DNA of 64,000 bases from Octopus sinensis (taxonomy: Eukaryota). The notes under the pieces are model-generated. The model saw nothing but the letters and a program-made list of their open reading frames with translations. It searched no databases and was not told the DNA's origin. Location: NCBI RefSeq assembly GCF_006345805.1, contig NC_043005.1, positions 41,416,001 to 41,480,000 of the forward strand. Reading direction: 5' to 3'. Positions 13,718 through 27,680 of this stretch are shown here, in pieces; the stretch's first letter is position 1, and each line of letters opens with the position of its first letter. The position numbers and the translations under genes were made by a program.

Positions 13718-15000
13718 CTATGGCAATCAGACAAAAAAATATTTTAATGTTTATATGCAACCAGCATATTATACATATACAATGCTATCAACTATTACAA
13801 TATCTCAGGACAATGACCTTAACATAATGTTTTTTTTTTTATTAGCTTTATCGGATTATTGACTGGGATAAAATTTCCTCATAAATTGTTTTTATTATTC
13901 AGGGTGTACTAAAGTCTTCTTGGCACTTTATAATGGACTTTCCAATATTAATCCAATCAGAAAGAAGATAACATGATTTGTTTCTTATTTATCTTCTCCT
14001 GTAGCTTATCACATGTGCGTTACTCACTGACTGTTCCAATACAGCTTGAACTTCATGTCATTAGCCATTAATCTGCTGCAGCAAATATGCAGTTACTTCA
14101 ATAAACCAGGAAATGTGAAAAACATAAAAAAATTTAATCAAAACAATTCATATGGGAATAAGAAACAGAAAAATCTCTAGGCCAAAAACTTGTGACCAAA
14201 ATCATAAATACACACACACACACACACACACACTCCCCACCATGAAAGAAATCAATACCAGAATCAGCTCAGATGTCAAAGGAACTTTACATTTTGCATT
14301 TCATTTGGCATGTATCTTAATGTTTCATGTGTCACAAACAAATGAATTATAACTCATTAATATTTCAATCAGAAGTTTTGACGCTTATTTTAAATACTCA
14401 ATAAAATCTTCTTTCAGTGTTTAGCTACCATAGAATTTTGATAAGGAATCATCATGAATAACAAAATGATACTTTCTTAAAATTAAGCATAAAAGCTGAG
14501 GCATTTAGGTTTACTTATCCTACACAAAATGTAATATATACAACTTCAGCTAACAAATTTTTGCTTATTCTTACCCATCATGTTGGTGCTATGTAAAATG
14601 CACCCAGTACACTTTGTAAAGTGGTTGGCATTTGGATGGGCATCCAGTCATAGAAACCATGTCAAAACATACAATTGGAGTCTGCTGCAGCTCTCTGGTT
14701 TGTCAGCTTTTGTCAAACCATCCAACCCATGTTAGCATGGAAAATATGGGTGTTGAAGGATGATGATGATTCTGAAAATTAAAAGTCTTAAAGACCAAAG
14801 TTATATCACCACAAAATCATTTCTTTTAGGGTTATAAGACCCATTTGTGCAAGTGGAGTATAACAGTTAAATTAACACTAGTAGGATTTTTTATGGTGTT
14901 GATCACATACATGCAAAAGAATATGAAGCTGATATCAAATAGTGGCCAAATGATTAAAAATGTCCCGAGTTCATATCTCACATACTATGAGATCTAAATG

Positions 15001-15305
15001 TGGAGGCACAATGGCCCAGTGGTTAGGGCAGTGGACTCGCGGTCGGAGGATCACGGCTTCGATTTGCAGACTGGGTGTTGTGTGTGTTCATTGAGTGAAA
15101 ACACCTAAAAGCTCCACGAAGCTCTGGCAGGCGGTGGGGGTAACCCCTGTTGTACTCTTTTGCCACAACTTTCTCTCACTCTCACTTCCTGTTTCTTGAG
15201 TAACACTGCGATGGACTGGCATCCCATCCAGCTGGTGGGGAACACATACGCCACAGAAACCAGGACCATGAGCCTGGCTAGGCTTGAAAAGGGCGAAAAG
15301 AAAAA
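15001..15305 (+). mobile_element. tRNA-derived SINE with V-domain-like core
   Basis: tggcccagtggttagggc A box, ggcttcgatt B box, gcgatggactggcatcccatccag core, A-rich tail. Confidence 0.8.
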
Positions 15306-16199
15306 AGAATGAGATCTAAATCCAATTACGTTATTCACTTTATGTCAATCTGGTTAAATGTAACTAATTATCATTTGTGAGAATTACCATGTGAAAATTA
15401 CTATTTCAACAGGTGAGTAATCTATAAGTAGCCAAACTTATACAGCTTAAAAGTACAAAAGCAATCCATATGCTCATTATCATCATTTAACGTTTGTTTT
15501 CCATGCTGGTATGGGTTGAATGGTTTCACAGAAGCTGGCAAGCTGGGGAGCTGCACCAGGCTCCATTTGTCTGTCTTGGCATGGTTTCTGCAGCTGAATG
15601 CCCCTCCTAATGCTAATGATTTTACTGAATGTACCGGGTGCATTTTTATGTAGTAGCAGCATGGAAGCTTTTTATGTGGTGCCAGCATGGATGGTTTTCA
15701 CATAGTGCAAGCATGGGTGCTTTTTATGTGGCACCAGCATAGATGCTTTATATGTGGTACCAGCATTGTCACTTGGGCAAAATCACAACCATAGTTTCAG
15801 ATTGGTTAAAGAGTTTTGAGTTAAAGCGGTTAGATTATATATACTTATTTTAATATTTGAAACAAAATATATACATTTTCTGTTGAATTATAACTTAACA
15901 AATTACACTGTTATCAGATTTTTGTTTCTTGGACATCTAACATTTATCTATTGCATTACAGCAACATAGCATTTAAAATTTGCTGAAATCTTGTCCATTT
16001 CAAAGTCCTAATAGCCGAGTTTTGAAATTAGAGAAATACACCTGATATAAGTATTGTATTTGTTATGTCTGATGCCACTTTCAGAAAATTTAGCTCTGGA
16101 TAATGTTTATTACTGTTATAAACATAAGGAAATAAATCAAGTTAGACTATATATAGTAGCAAAAATGAGATAGAAGGTTGTGACAGAAAGAATTCTTAC

Positions 16200-16232
16200 C
16201 AATCTGAAGAGGACCTGATGCCGGCGGTCAAG
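16200..16232 (-). CDS. DNAH5/DNAH8: Dynein heavy chain 33-nt micro-exon: LDRRHQVLFRL
   Basis: tttctctttgtag acceptor and gtaaga donor. Aligns to DNAH5 LDARHNYLFAI. Confidence 0.88.
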
Positions 16233-16581
16233 CTACAAAGAGAAAAACAAGACAATGATATGTGTGTATAATGAAATAAGAATAGCATATGTGTGCATTA
16301 GTGTGCATATTTATGGGCAGAGATATGGTCAAATGATCAAGAAGGTCACTTTGCAAACATGAAATAATGGGTTCAGTTACAATGTGTAACACTTGGGCAA
16401 AATCACAATCATATGCACAAGCGTAACTGCATGGTAAAAAGTTTGTTTCCTGACCATATAGTTCCAGGTGCAGTCCCACTGTGTGTCATCTTGTCTTCAA
16501 CTATAGCCTTGGGCTGACCAAAGCCTTATTTAGTAGATGGACACTGAAAAAAGCCTGTCATATATATATATATAAAATTAG

Positions 16582-16761
16582 TAATAATATACATATGTAT
16601 ATAATTATATTAATGAATCAGGGGTGAAAACGATCAAACTCCAACATGCTTGAAGTACTGAGACATTAAAAAGCTAATGTCTCAGCACATCAAGCATGTT
16701 GGAATTAGGTTATTTTCACTCTTGCTCCCTTAATATAATTATATACATATGTATATTATTA
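16582..16761. repeat. Fold-back element, ~180 bp
   Basis: Perfect 32-bp outer arms; inner arms ccaacatgcttga..ctgagacatta / taatgtctcag..caagcatgttgg. Confidence 0.9.
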
Positions 16762-16879
16762 TTAGTTTAATGTATAAATCACCTATAAATTTTTATAGCA
16801 TGCTGACTGCCTGATAAAAATCATTAGCGTGATTTTTATCCTTACATTCTATTATGAATTAATATATATATATATGTAC

Positions 16880-17292
16880 TTGGGAGATGATTTTTTTCTC
16901 AAAATGTTAAGATCGTAAAAAGAACCTTTTAAGAAAGTAGAAAGACACTAACCTTTGGGAAGAGATTTCACAAGTGTGTTGGTTTTTGCTTTTATAGATG
17001 TGCAAGCCATTTCAGTATTTAACATTTTCAAGCACATGTTATTACATATAGCGAAAATTGTTTTCACTAAAATTGTTGTTGATTATTGTCAACAACAATT
17101 TTAGTGAAAACAACTTTTTCTATGTGTAATAACATGTGCTTGAAAATGTTAAATACTGAAAGGGATTGCACATCTACAAAAGTAAATGCCAACATATTTT
17201 GTGAAATCTCTTCTCAAAGGTTAGTGACTTTCTACTTTCTAAAAAGGTTCTTTTCTTGATCTTAACTCTTTGAGAAAAAATCTTCTCTCCAA
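16880..17292. repeat. Fold-back element, ~410 bp, loop ttattg at 17083-17088
   Basis: Arms are continuously complementary with scattered mismatches (e.g. ttcagtatttaacattttcaagcacatgttatta / taataacatgtgcttgaaaatgttaaatactgaa). Confidence 0.92.
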
Positions 17293-17327
17293 ATATTATA
17301 ACTGTATCAAGGAATTTCCAAAGCACT

Positions 17328-17362
<35 letters not shown>

Positions 17363-18553
17363 AGGTTATGAGAGGTAGTGGTGTCAGTGAGACCCAAAGG
17401 TGTCAGGTAATGCTGAATAAGTGCTATGGATAGACCATAGTTAAGTTCCAGGTTTGGTGATTATGCAAATAAGGGGTCCAACTTAGGTCATATATCAATG
17501 TGTGTGTATATAAAAAATTTTTTTCTGTAATGGGATAAAAAAACCAAGGCTGTGTAGATTTTAGAACATTTATAAATAGAAGGTTCTTCTATTGGATATC
17601 GATGTTTCATCATTTCTGTGACTTGTCAATATCGCATATTGACAAATCACAAAAATAATGAATTATTGATGTCCATTGCTTCTGAATGGTACCTGATGTG
17701 AGTTTACTTGCTTGTTTATGACTTGCAGATGTTCTAACACCATCGAATGAAGAGAATATATTCTTTAATGCCTATAAGCACAGTCTGACCACAAACTAGC
17801 AAAACACATAACTCCTATATATGTGTTTGATATTATATATATGTATTTGTTTGTCTCTTTGTTTGTGTTTGTCCCCCACCACTGCTTGGCAACTGGTGTT
17901 GGTTTGTTTATGTCTCTGTAACTTAGCAGTTCAGAAAAAGAGGTCAATTCTTCCAACTAAAATATTCTTCAAGGCGGTGCCCCAGCATGGCCGCAGTCTA
18001 ATGACTGAAACAAATAAAAGGCAAAAGGTAAAAGATAGTTTCATATTGGCTCAAGAGTTGTGAGCTAAAAGGATTAAACTGAAAGTATGTAAGACCAGCA
18101 GATTTACTGTACCGAAAATACAAAGGACTAGCTTTGACATATGGTACCATACTAATTATGACTGAGGATTATGTGGCTTAGTATACTTTGCCATGTACAC
18201 TTTCATTCACTTAGCATTTCAACTAACTGAAAACAAATGGAATATTCATTCATCAAATCTGACATGTAAACCATAATCATTATGCATACTTATGTAAATA
18301 TAGATATACAAACATTTGCCAGCACAAGAACACAAAAAAACATGTGCATATGTGGCTATATGTACTGTACATCTACAAATAGACATATCTAACTATATAA
18401 ATTCATGCATATATATAAAAAATTTTGCAATATGTTTTGCCCAGGAACAGCAAGAAGTCTTGTATTGTGAATGAATCTATGTGTGCTTTTGTGTATCTGT
18501 GAATGCAGATACCTCCACACATCTATATCCATTTGTATATATATTTGTGCATG

Positions 18554-18584
<31 letters not shown>

Positions 18585-19037
18585 TTATGTACACAGAGAG
18601 ATGCTATATTGCTATGTACACATACACAAAAACACAAACGCACACATATAGGTATGCATGCATGTGTGTGTGTGTTTAGGAAAAGCTCTTCACAAACAAA
18701 TGGTAAATGAAAACAAATTCTGGATGTTATACTTTAAATACATAATAGCTTATTGACTTCAATCATGAGAAGTATAAGTTCATCTCTAAAATTTAGAAAA
18801 AATTAACATAAAAGGACCTGCTCTGTGCAAATATCTAAATATAGATATATTCTTGGCAAGACAGCTTAACCTTCATTGCACTCATTAAATTTTGTTGGTG
18901 ATGTAACATGCAAATCATATGCAGATTAGCTCTCACAGCCTCAATTCTGTTAGCTTGTAACAATAGAATGTGTGAACTACATCATATGAAATACAGAGAA
19001 TTCAGAATACCACCCACTATCAGAAATGAGTTATCTC

Positions 19038-19272
19038 TTAAGGCAGCAAACTGGCAGAAATGTTAGCATGCCGGGTAAAATGCTTAGTAGTATTTCATCT
19101 GCTATTACGTTCTGAGTTCAAATTCCACTGAGGTCAACTTTGCTTTTCATCCTTTTGGGGTCGATAAATTAAGTATCAGTTATGCACCGGGATTGATGTA
19201 ATCAACTTAATCCGTTTGTCTGCCCTTGTTTATCCCATCTATGTTTAGCCCCTTGTGGGCAATAAAGAAATA
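19038..19272 (+). mobile_element. SINE family B with 16-bp TSD
   Basis: agaaatgagttatctc at 19022-19037 and 19273-19288. Confidence 0.92.
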
Positions 19273-19509
19273 AGAAATGAGTTATCTCACTTCCTGTGTC
19301 ACAAGTTCACATGTATAGAACCAAGAATACTTTGTTCCCATGCAGTAAGAGTTAAGAAAACATGGATTATGGACCACTGCTCAACAAACTACTGTCCAAT
19401 TAAAGTAATATCTTCTTTTTCATATTGAAAAACATGGAGAGGTATGGTGTTTGTAAAACATCATTCACTCAGCTTTGGAGGCTTCTCGCTGAAGCAGTTC
19501 ATCTCTTAA

Positions 19510-19731
19510 CCCTTTCGTTACCAACCCGGCCGAAACTGGCTCTGGCTCTGTAGTACAAATATCTTGTTTTCATAAGTTTTGAATTAAAATCTTCCACCAA
19601 ACCTTAGTCACAATTTATGTTCCTAACACTAGCATAATGATAACTAATTTATTTTCCTAAATTCTTTGTTATATTTAAAATTGATTGAAAGAAACACAGA
19701 GCGTCTCAAAATAAATACAGTAACAAAAGGG
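19510..19731. mobile_element. piggyBac-type MITE (family 1)
   Basis: TTAA|CCCTTTCGTTAC ... GTAACAAAAGGG|TTAA. Confidence 0.85.
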
Positions 19732-21189
19732 TTAAGATATTTACACTCTTTTTATTGACACATTTTCCTAACTTCTCTTTTCCAAGATCACAGACTTTGA
19801 TCAGTTCATTTTACTTTTTATTACCGCACCACTTCTATGTGACAGTATGAGATTTAAGAGATAAAGCAATGACATGTATATTACCATTGCTCAAATAAAG
19901 GATTAATAAAGAAGGCAATTTCTAAGTCCCTTTCACTCAGTCCTTTCTTTTATTTTTAAATATAGCCATTTTGTCCTTTAATATTGTCTAACTGGGTTTA
20001 GAAGAGATTAGCATGGTTGTTGTTGTTGTTACCTTAGTGAGCAAACCTATGATCAACGACAATCCAAACATGACCATGCCATCTAGGATGACACTACCTA
20101 ATGTGTCTTTTCGTTATTTAAAACTTTTAATATCAGCCCATCTGACACTACTCATCTGAAAATATTCATATTCAAATTAAAATCTCAATCAAAAGGTTAT
20201 AACTATATGTGATATCAGAATTCCACTGGTCAATATCAATGTAATATATACTAATATATAAAGTTATATATTTTACAACACCTCTCCAAAACCATGATCA
20301 TAATGCGAATTAACTGAAATATGTGGGAGTTTACTCATTAGAAATATAGTGACAAGTGAGCAGTCACTATATTTCTACAGTTGAACACTGTAGTCAATGT
20401 AATCAATTTACCCCCACCCCCACCCAAATTACTGGCTTTATGCCAAAATTTGAAATCAGTATCAATGCTTTAGGATATATTTCAGAGAACATGTTACTCA
20501 GAGCTACTAACCACCATATAAAACAATAGTTAAGTTAGTGCTACCATAATTAATGCAACAAGCATTCAAAAGCAAATTAGAAATATTTATTCATTGAAGA
20601 AAAGAAACTTATCCAGAAGCTAGTATCATTTTTCTTATTTCCAAAACTACAAGAGACAACTTTAAAGAGGTTTCGATTTTATTCACCCTCTTCAGTAAAC
20701 AGTAACTTTTACCATAACTAGTTAGAGATGAAAGAATCATGAAATGGATGCACAATATTGTAGATGGGTAGGATGGAGATTAACATATTCTAAGAAACTA
20801 TGAGTATATTTTGGAAAGCTATGCTGACCTCAGGAACTATATAAAGTGAAAACACTTCAGTGGTAACCTAACAATTTCTCACACATACTAGGCTACAACA
20901 TTTTTTTATGGTTGTAAAATACCATGCATAATATACACTTTTATCTACTGAAAATGAGATTAAAATTAGAGGTATGTATGTAATACAAAGTTTAGGTTCC
21001 AGCATTTAATTCCTTCTATTTTTATAAAGAAAAAACAGAATAAGGTGATAAAGTTTTATTGTGTTTTGTTTTTCAGATTGTTTTATTATTATATTTAAAT
21101 ATATTTAAAGAGATTTTATATAAGATGAAATATTTGTTTAAAATTCTGACACAAGGCTAGTAACTTTAGGGAAGGGGTTAAGCTGCTTA

Positions 21190-21580
21190 TATTGCCCCCC
21201 CCTCCCCCAGTTCTCAACTGGTACTTATCATATTGAGCTTGAAAGCATAAAAGGCAATTTGAACTCAGAATGTAAAGATGGATAAAATGTCTGTCACTAA
21301 GCATTTTACCTGGCACAGTAATGATTCTGCAGCTTATCAACTTATATATATAAAATGAAATATTGATTTCAAATTTTGATATAAGGCCAACAAGTTCAGT
21401 GGAAGGGACTAGTGGATTACATCAACACCAGTACTCAACTGGTACTTATTTTACCAACCCTGGAAGAATGAAAGGTAAAGTCAACCTTGGTGGAATATGA
21501 ACTCAGAATGTAAAGAGCAAAATTGCTGCTAAACATTTTTCCCAGCTTGCTAACGATTCTGCCAGCTTACTGCCTTATAT
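21190..21580 (-). mobile_element. Two tandem SINE B copies
   Basis: Reverse complement of the Nin-type core, twice. Confidence 0.8.
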
Positions 21581-22568
21581 ATAAAATGAAATACTAAATA
21601 CTAATAAATTATAGCAGGTTATTAATTCATGAAACAGTTATGCAACACTGCATGTTGCAGATGGATTATAGGTATTTAAAACAATTTAGGCACCGTCTTT
21701 AAGATGCTGACATGGTCCATTATTCATGGACTGTTACGGTAACATTCATCCTGCAAGAAACATTTAATACTCTGGGTAAATGTTTCAGTCTATAGATTAG
21801 CTAGAGATATTGTCATTATAAATGACCGACAAAGGAAATACAATAAAACATTAAAGATTATCAATCAACCACATCATTCACTGATAAAACAGAGGAAATA
21901 GAGAAAAGACTATTTTAATTAGCTTTTAATAATTTACAGCTAAGGCTGTCTTTGCCCATCATTTGTAACAAGAGTATTAATTTTATTATGAATAATAAAT
22001 ATTATTTTCTGAAATTCATTTTAAATTGTACATTATGCAGGCTGCCTTTGATTGCTTCTCAAACCAAAGAAATCTATTCCAAATGCGCTTATGATGAATC
22101 AGATATTTCAGGGAAATTTTGCAATTTATGATTTAATATACACTCCTCAAACAGAATAATCAATCATTTTAACTGCGATATGTTGAATAAATTATATTTT
22201 ATGTCGTTTTAATAAATAAGTAGTTCATAACTATAACTTCAACATCAATTGAAATGTAGCACAATGAATGATTACTATATTCAGTAAGGTTACACTGATT
22301 ATATGCTATTGCTTTGGTTTTCTGGCAACTTTACAACTCTCATTCTTTTCTCCTATCAATTTAAAACATCTCTATGATCATATAATAACAGTTAAATAGT
22401 TTATGGTTTAAAACAAAAGGTGAATTCTCTTGATATATGTGCTATTATAGTTGCAAAGAACATTTTTTACTCAAAAAATATTCTTTATGCAAAATATTCC
22501 ATTGATGACAGACTTTTCTACATAAAATGACAGTCAACAGAAGAACCTGTTTGCTTGACCTACTAGAC

Positions 22569-23219
22569 CAGTGGTCATCAACCATTTTTTAAAAATATTT
22601 TGCCTATGTACCCCTTTGATTCCTATTTTACTCTTTGATGATTATAAAATCCTCTTTTGCTCTTTTACTTGTTTCAGTCATTTGACTGTGGCCATGCTGG
22701 AGCACTGCCTTCAGTCGAGCAAATCGACCCCAGGACTTATTCTTTGTAAGCCTAGTACTTTTTCTATTGGTCTCTTTTGCCAAACCGCTAAGTTACAGGG
22801 ATGTAAACACACTAGCATCGGTTGTCAAGCGATGTTGGGGGGACAAACACAGACACACAGACACATACATATATACGACTGGCTTTTTCAGTTTCCGTCT
22901 ACCAAAACCACTCACAAGGCTTTGGTCAGCTCGAGGCTATAGTAGAAGACACTTGCCCAAGGTGCTACGCAGTGGGACTGAACCTGGAACCATGTGGCTG
23001 GTAAGCAAGCTACTTACTACACAGCCCCTCTTATGCCTATAAAGCAACTGCTGCACCAGTTATATTTTTATAATTAAATATTATTAGGAATCGTATAAAA
23101 AATTGTTGAAAGATTTTGTATATTGTAGGAGCATAACCAATTTATTGCACATAAGCTTTAACTGTAAAAATCTTATGTGTATCCCCAAGGGTGATGTGGA
23201 CGCCATTTGAGAACCACTA
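22569..23219. mobile_element. hAT-like MITE interrupted by a SINE (22650-23040)
   Basis: cagtggtcatcaa ... ttgagaaccacta termini. Confidence 0.6.
22650..23040 (-). mobile_element. SINE family A, full length
   Basis: Collinear with 1160-1540. Confidence 0.9.
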
Positions 23220-23861
23220 TACAAGAATTAGCAGCCAAATCGCCCTCAGATTGCTAACAAGGAACACATCGGTTAATGTAATCCTTCACATGCAAAAAAG
23301 ATGGGATGGTCACAGTTGTATGTATGTATGTATGTATGTATGTATGCATGTACGCATGTACACATGTACATATGTATGTATGTATGTGTGTGTGTATGTG
23401 CGTGCGTGTATATATATATATGTATATATATATATATACACACACACGTGTATACAATTGGCTTCTTTCAGTTTCTATTATCTACCAAATTCACTCTCAC
23501 TAGGTCAGCCCATGGCTATAGTAGTAGACATTTGCCCAAGGTGTCATGCAGTGAGACAGAACCCCAAACCAGATGTTTGGGAAACAGACTTCTTAACCAT
23601 TCTGCTATGCCTATAAGTCTTCAGATTTTGATTGATGGATTTTTTAGATTTTTAAGTTTCTTCATGTTATTTTGTTTTTCTTTTTTTTCAACAAGTGTAC
23701 ATTGATACACATCATAAAGAAAAATTGTTGAGGATTTACGATTAACTAGCATATGTCAACCCTATAAAAAACTGAATTTATAAGTAATGATTGTAATACT
23801 TCTGCAGGCCTGTCAACTCTAAAACAACCAAACAACTGAAGAACAGCTAGCAATATTTCCA

Positions 23862-24310
23862 ATATTGGTGAGCTGGTAGAATAATTAACATACCAGACAA
23901 AATGCTTAGCGACATTTCATCCATGTTTATATTCTGAGTTCAAATTCCGTTAAGATTGACTTTGCCTTTCATCCTTTCAAGGTCAATATATAAGTACCGG
24001 TTGAGCAGAAGGGTCAATGTAATCGATGTACCTCTTCCCCAAAACTTCAGGCCTTTTGCCTATAGTAGAAACGAATGTTTATATTGAATAAGGTGGTGAG
24101 CTGGCAGAACTGTTAGCATGCCAGGCAAAATGTTTAGTGATATTTCATCTGTCTTCACATTTGAGTTCAGATTCCACTGTGGCTGACTTTGCCTTTCATC
24201 CTTTTGAGGTCAATAAACTAAGTATCAGTTGAACACTGGGGTCGATGTAATTGACTCACACCCTCCCCTGAACTTGCTGTCCTTGTGCCAGAATTTGACT
24301 CCAATATTTC
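23862..24310 (+). mobile_element. Two tandem SINE B copies
   Basis: Repeated ggtgagctgg(t/c)agaa head plus core. Confidence 0.85.
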
Positions 24311-24538
24311 CAATACATAATATTTGAGATGTCATTTTGGAACATGAAAAAATCATGAACCAAGAGAGGGAGATTCTTTATTTCAGTTGCTCAAATTATT
24401 AGAAATGATTATCAAGCATTCTTTTATTTACTCCTCTGCCCAATCTGTATAAAGTTACTAGAGGTTAAAAGATTAAAAATAATCTACATTATTTACATTT
24501 GACAGATATTTCTCTTCATCTTGTTTGTTGTTAATACA

Positions 24539-24575
24539 TTTCGGCTGACATACTCTCCAGCCTTCATCAGGTGCC
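24539..24575 (-). ncRNA. Degenerate hammerhead-like core CUGAUGA-A-GGCUG(GAGAGUAUGU)CAGCC-GAAA
   Basis: Core and 5-bp stem II intact; stem III/I side partly deleted compared with the right-arm copy. Confidence 0.45.
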
Positions 24576-24656
24576 TTGGGGAAATTTCGAACCTGGGTTC
24601 TCATTCCTAAGGTATTTTTCAATGTTATTATTATCATTATTATTATTATTATTATT

Positions 24657-27509
24657 CAGTAGTTTTATTTTTATAGCGTGCTTTCACTTCACTACCGAGC
24701 GCAGCTCTGTGTGCCTTGGGTATGTGCTGTGATTTGTTGTGATGCTCTGATGGTTATTGTATGGAAAGTGTTCTGCGTAGGATGTGTGCAGTGCCTAGTA
24801 GTGCAATTTTCTGTATGTTATATGTGTTTGTAAGTCCTGGTGTTTTTGTTATGTATTTGTCTGAATATTTTTTTATCATGCCTAATGCACCTACTATGAT
24901 AGGATTGTTTCTGTTTTCAGGTTCCACATTCTAGTTATCTCTATTTCCAGGTCTTTGTATTTTGAGAGTTTCTCCATTTCTTTTAGAGACACGTTGTCAT
25001 CTGCCGGTATTGATACATCAATTAGAAAGCATTTTTTTCCTTCATGATCTCTGACAACTATATCTGGTCTGTTGGCCTTAATTTCTCTATCTGTGTGTAT
25101 CGGCATATCCCAGAGTATGGTTGCTTTCTCGTTTTCTGTGACCTTTTCTGGTGTGTGCCTATACCATCTTTTTTCTGTTGTTATTCCATAATGTTGGCAT
25201 AGCTTCCAATGTATGTAGGTTCCAACTCTGTCATGTCTGTGAATATATTCCTTCTTAGCCAGGACTGGGCAGCTAGAAATAATATGATTTATTGTTTCTT
25301 GTCCATCTCCACATATTCTGCAGTTACTTGTAATATTTCTTTTTCATTACATGTTTTGGTAATTTCTGGTGGGGAGGCTTTGGTCTTGTGCTGCAATTAA
25401 AAATCCCTCTGTTCTGCTTTGAGTCCTGAGCTTCTCAACCATTGCTGGGATTTTCTTTGTCTATTTCTTTTGCGTTTAGTTTAGTGCACTATTTACCATG
25501 AAGGGGCTTTTCTTGCCATCGTTTTATCATGGCTCGTTGCTGTTCTATTTTTAGTTTGGATTTCATTTGTTTTATAGCTTTTGTTGTTTCTTCATCATCT
25601 TCTTCTTCTTCTTTGTGTTTATTAGGTGGTATGATTTCTTGTTTGTATTTGTCAGCTTCCTTAAATACTGAGAACAGTTTTTTGTTTTGCTCGTGTTTTG
25701 CTGCTATCTGGATCAGTTTTCCTTCCTTCTGAAGTAGGTATTTTTGCAGTCCTATGGTGGTTATTTTATAGTAGTTTTCCAGCTGTATAAGGCCTCCACC
25801 TTCTATACGTTGTATATATAGTCTTTCTATGTCAGATTTTGGGTGATGCATCCTAGATCCTGTCAGTATTTTTCTTGTTTTCCTATCTATTTTGGACAGT
25901 TCATTTCGTGTCCAGTTAAGGATATTGTAGCTGTAACTTATAACTGGGACAGCTAAAGTGTTGATACCTATTATCTTGTTTTTAGCATTGAGCTCTGTTT
26001 TTAGTATTGATCTAACTCGTCTATAATATTCTTTTTTTATTTTCTCTTTCATTTGTGTGTGTTGTCTTATCTAGTTCATGGATTCCTAAGTATTTGTAAG
26101 TTTGGCTGTGGTCTAATTCTTTTATTTCATTGGTTTTATCTAGTGTGATGTTGTTACTCTTAACTAGTTTTCCTCTTTTCATGGTTACTTTGGCGCATTT
26201 TCTAATCCAATTTCATATCTATTTCTTGGTAAATCCATGAACTGTCTTTAATAGTGTTTCCAGCTGTTTGTCATTTGCAGCGTATAGTTTTAGGTCATCC
26301 ATATATAAAGGTGGCTGATCGTTTTGCCGTAACATTTATATCCGCATCCAGTTCTATTTAGCATATCAGATAGAGGTGACAGTGCCAAGCAGAAAAGGAG
26401 TGGAGAGAGCGTGTCTCCCTGGAATATTCCTCTCTAATGGGGATGTCTTGGTTTTCATGAGTCCCTCTTTTGTTTGGAGGTGTAGGACTGTTTGCCATTT
26501 ATTCATAGAGTGCTCTATGAATTTTATGATGTTGGTGCTACTACTTTGTTAATGGCTAGTGTTTCGAGGATCCATGTGTGGGGGATGCTATCAAACGCCT
26601 TTTTGTAGTCAATCCAGGCCATACTGAGGCCTTTCTTCTTCTTTCTGTGGCTGTCTTCAGTTACGGCTTATTAATCATTAGTTGATCTTTACAGCCATAT
26701 GAGCCCTTGCGGCATCCTTTTCTTGCTCTTCTGCTCTTGGGAACAGTTTGTTTTCGTCCAGGTGCTTGTTCAGCCTTTGCGATATTACTGCAGTAAATGC
26801 CTTGAACATAGTAGGGAGGCAGGTTATTGGTCTGTAGTTTTCTGGTTTTGTTGTTTCATTTGATTTGGGAATTAAGATGTTTTCCCCTTCGTGAGCCATT
26901 CAGGCATTGTCTCGGCTCTGCTAGTATGCTGTTAAAGTTTTCAGCCAGCTTTTTGTGCATTCCTGTTTGATATTTCAACCAGAAGTGGGGATCTTGTCAT
27001 GCTCAGGTGCCTTCCAGTTGCTTAGTTTTTTTTGCAGTGCTTGGGTGACCTCTTCAGTTGTTATGGGGGTCCAAAGTTGTTCAGATGCCGAGTTTGTTAT
27101 TTTCATACTCCTTTTTTTGGCTGTTCGTTCGCCCGACCATATTCTCTCCAGAATTCTTCCAATTCTTCTGCCGTTGGTGCTGCAGTGACTTGTATTTTAT
27201 TTTTGCCGCAGTTCTTGGTAGAACTTTTTGGGGTCGGAGTGAACTTTTTGTTCTGTTCAAAGAAGCGTTGCGTTTCTCGTACCGGCGGATCCTTTGAGCT
27301 TGGCAAGGATATCTTGCTTCAGCTTTTCTTTATCTCCGGCAAATCTTTTTCTGTGATGTTTATTTGCGGAGCATTTTGTTTCTCTTTTTGTGTTGCTTAG
27401 TAGCGTTGCTTGTTTGCTGATTTCATTAGAAATCGACAGGTCTTTTCTAATTTTTTTTATTTTGTTTTGGATGTATTTATCCACAGGGTTGTTTGGGTGG
27501 TGGTACTCC
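24657..27509 (-). mobile_element. 5'-truncated, frameshifted R4/Dong-clade non-LTR retrotransposon (RT, CCHC, restriction-like endonuclease)
   Basis: Translated motifs: NYRPITCLPT, SMAWIDYKKAFDSIPH, GIFQGDTLSPLLF, YMDDLKLY, CRICG..ETINHIISSC..RHD, RPDIVV..IDVSIPADDNV..EKLSKYKDL. Flanked by (TTA)n on both sides. Confidence 0.92.
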
Positions 27510-27614
27510 TTATTATTATTATTATTATTATTATATTATTATTATTATTATTATTGTTATTATATTATTATTATTATTATTATTATTATCATTATAATCA
27601 CATTATTATTATTA

Positions 27615-27666
<52 letters not shown>

Positions 27667-27680
27667 CATTATTATTATTA
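27510..27680 (+). repeat. (ATT)n microsatellite at the R4/Dong 5' junction
   Basis: Directly visible. Confidence 0.97.

Noticed and set aside
15001-15075. tRNA-like A/B boxes here and at 27740, 39785 and 56490
   Set aside because: No complete cloverleaf or acceptor stem; they continue into SINE or repeat bodies.
21690-21755. Candidate start exon MDHVSILKT
   Set aside because: Weak donor (gtgcct); the exon at 31713-31802 explains the upstream sequence better.
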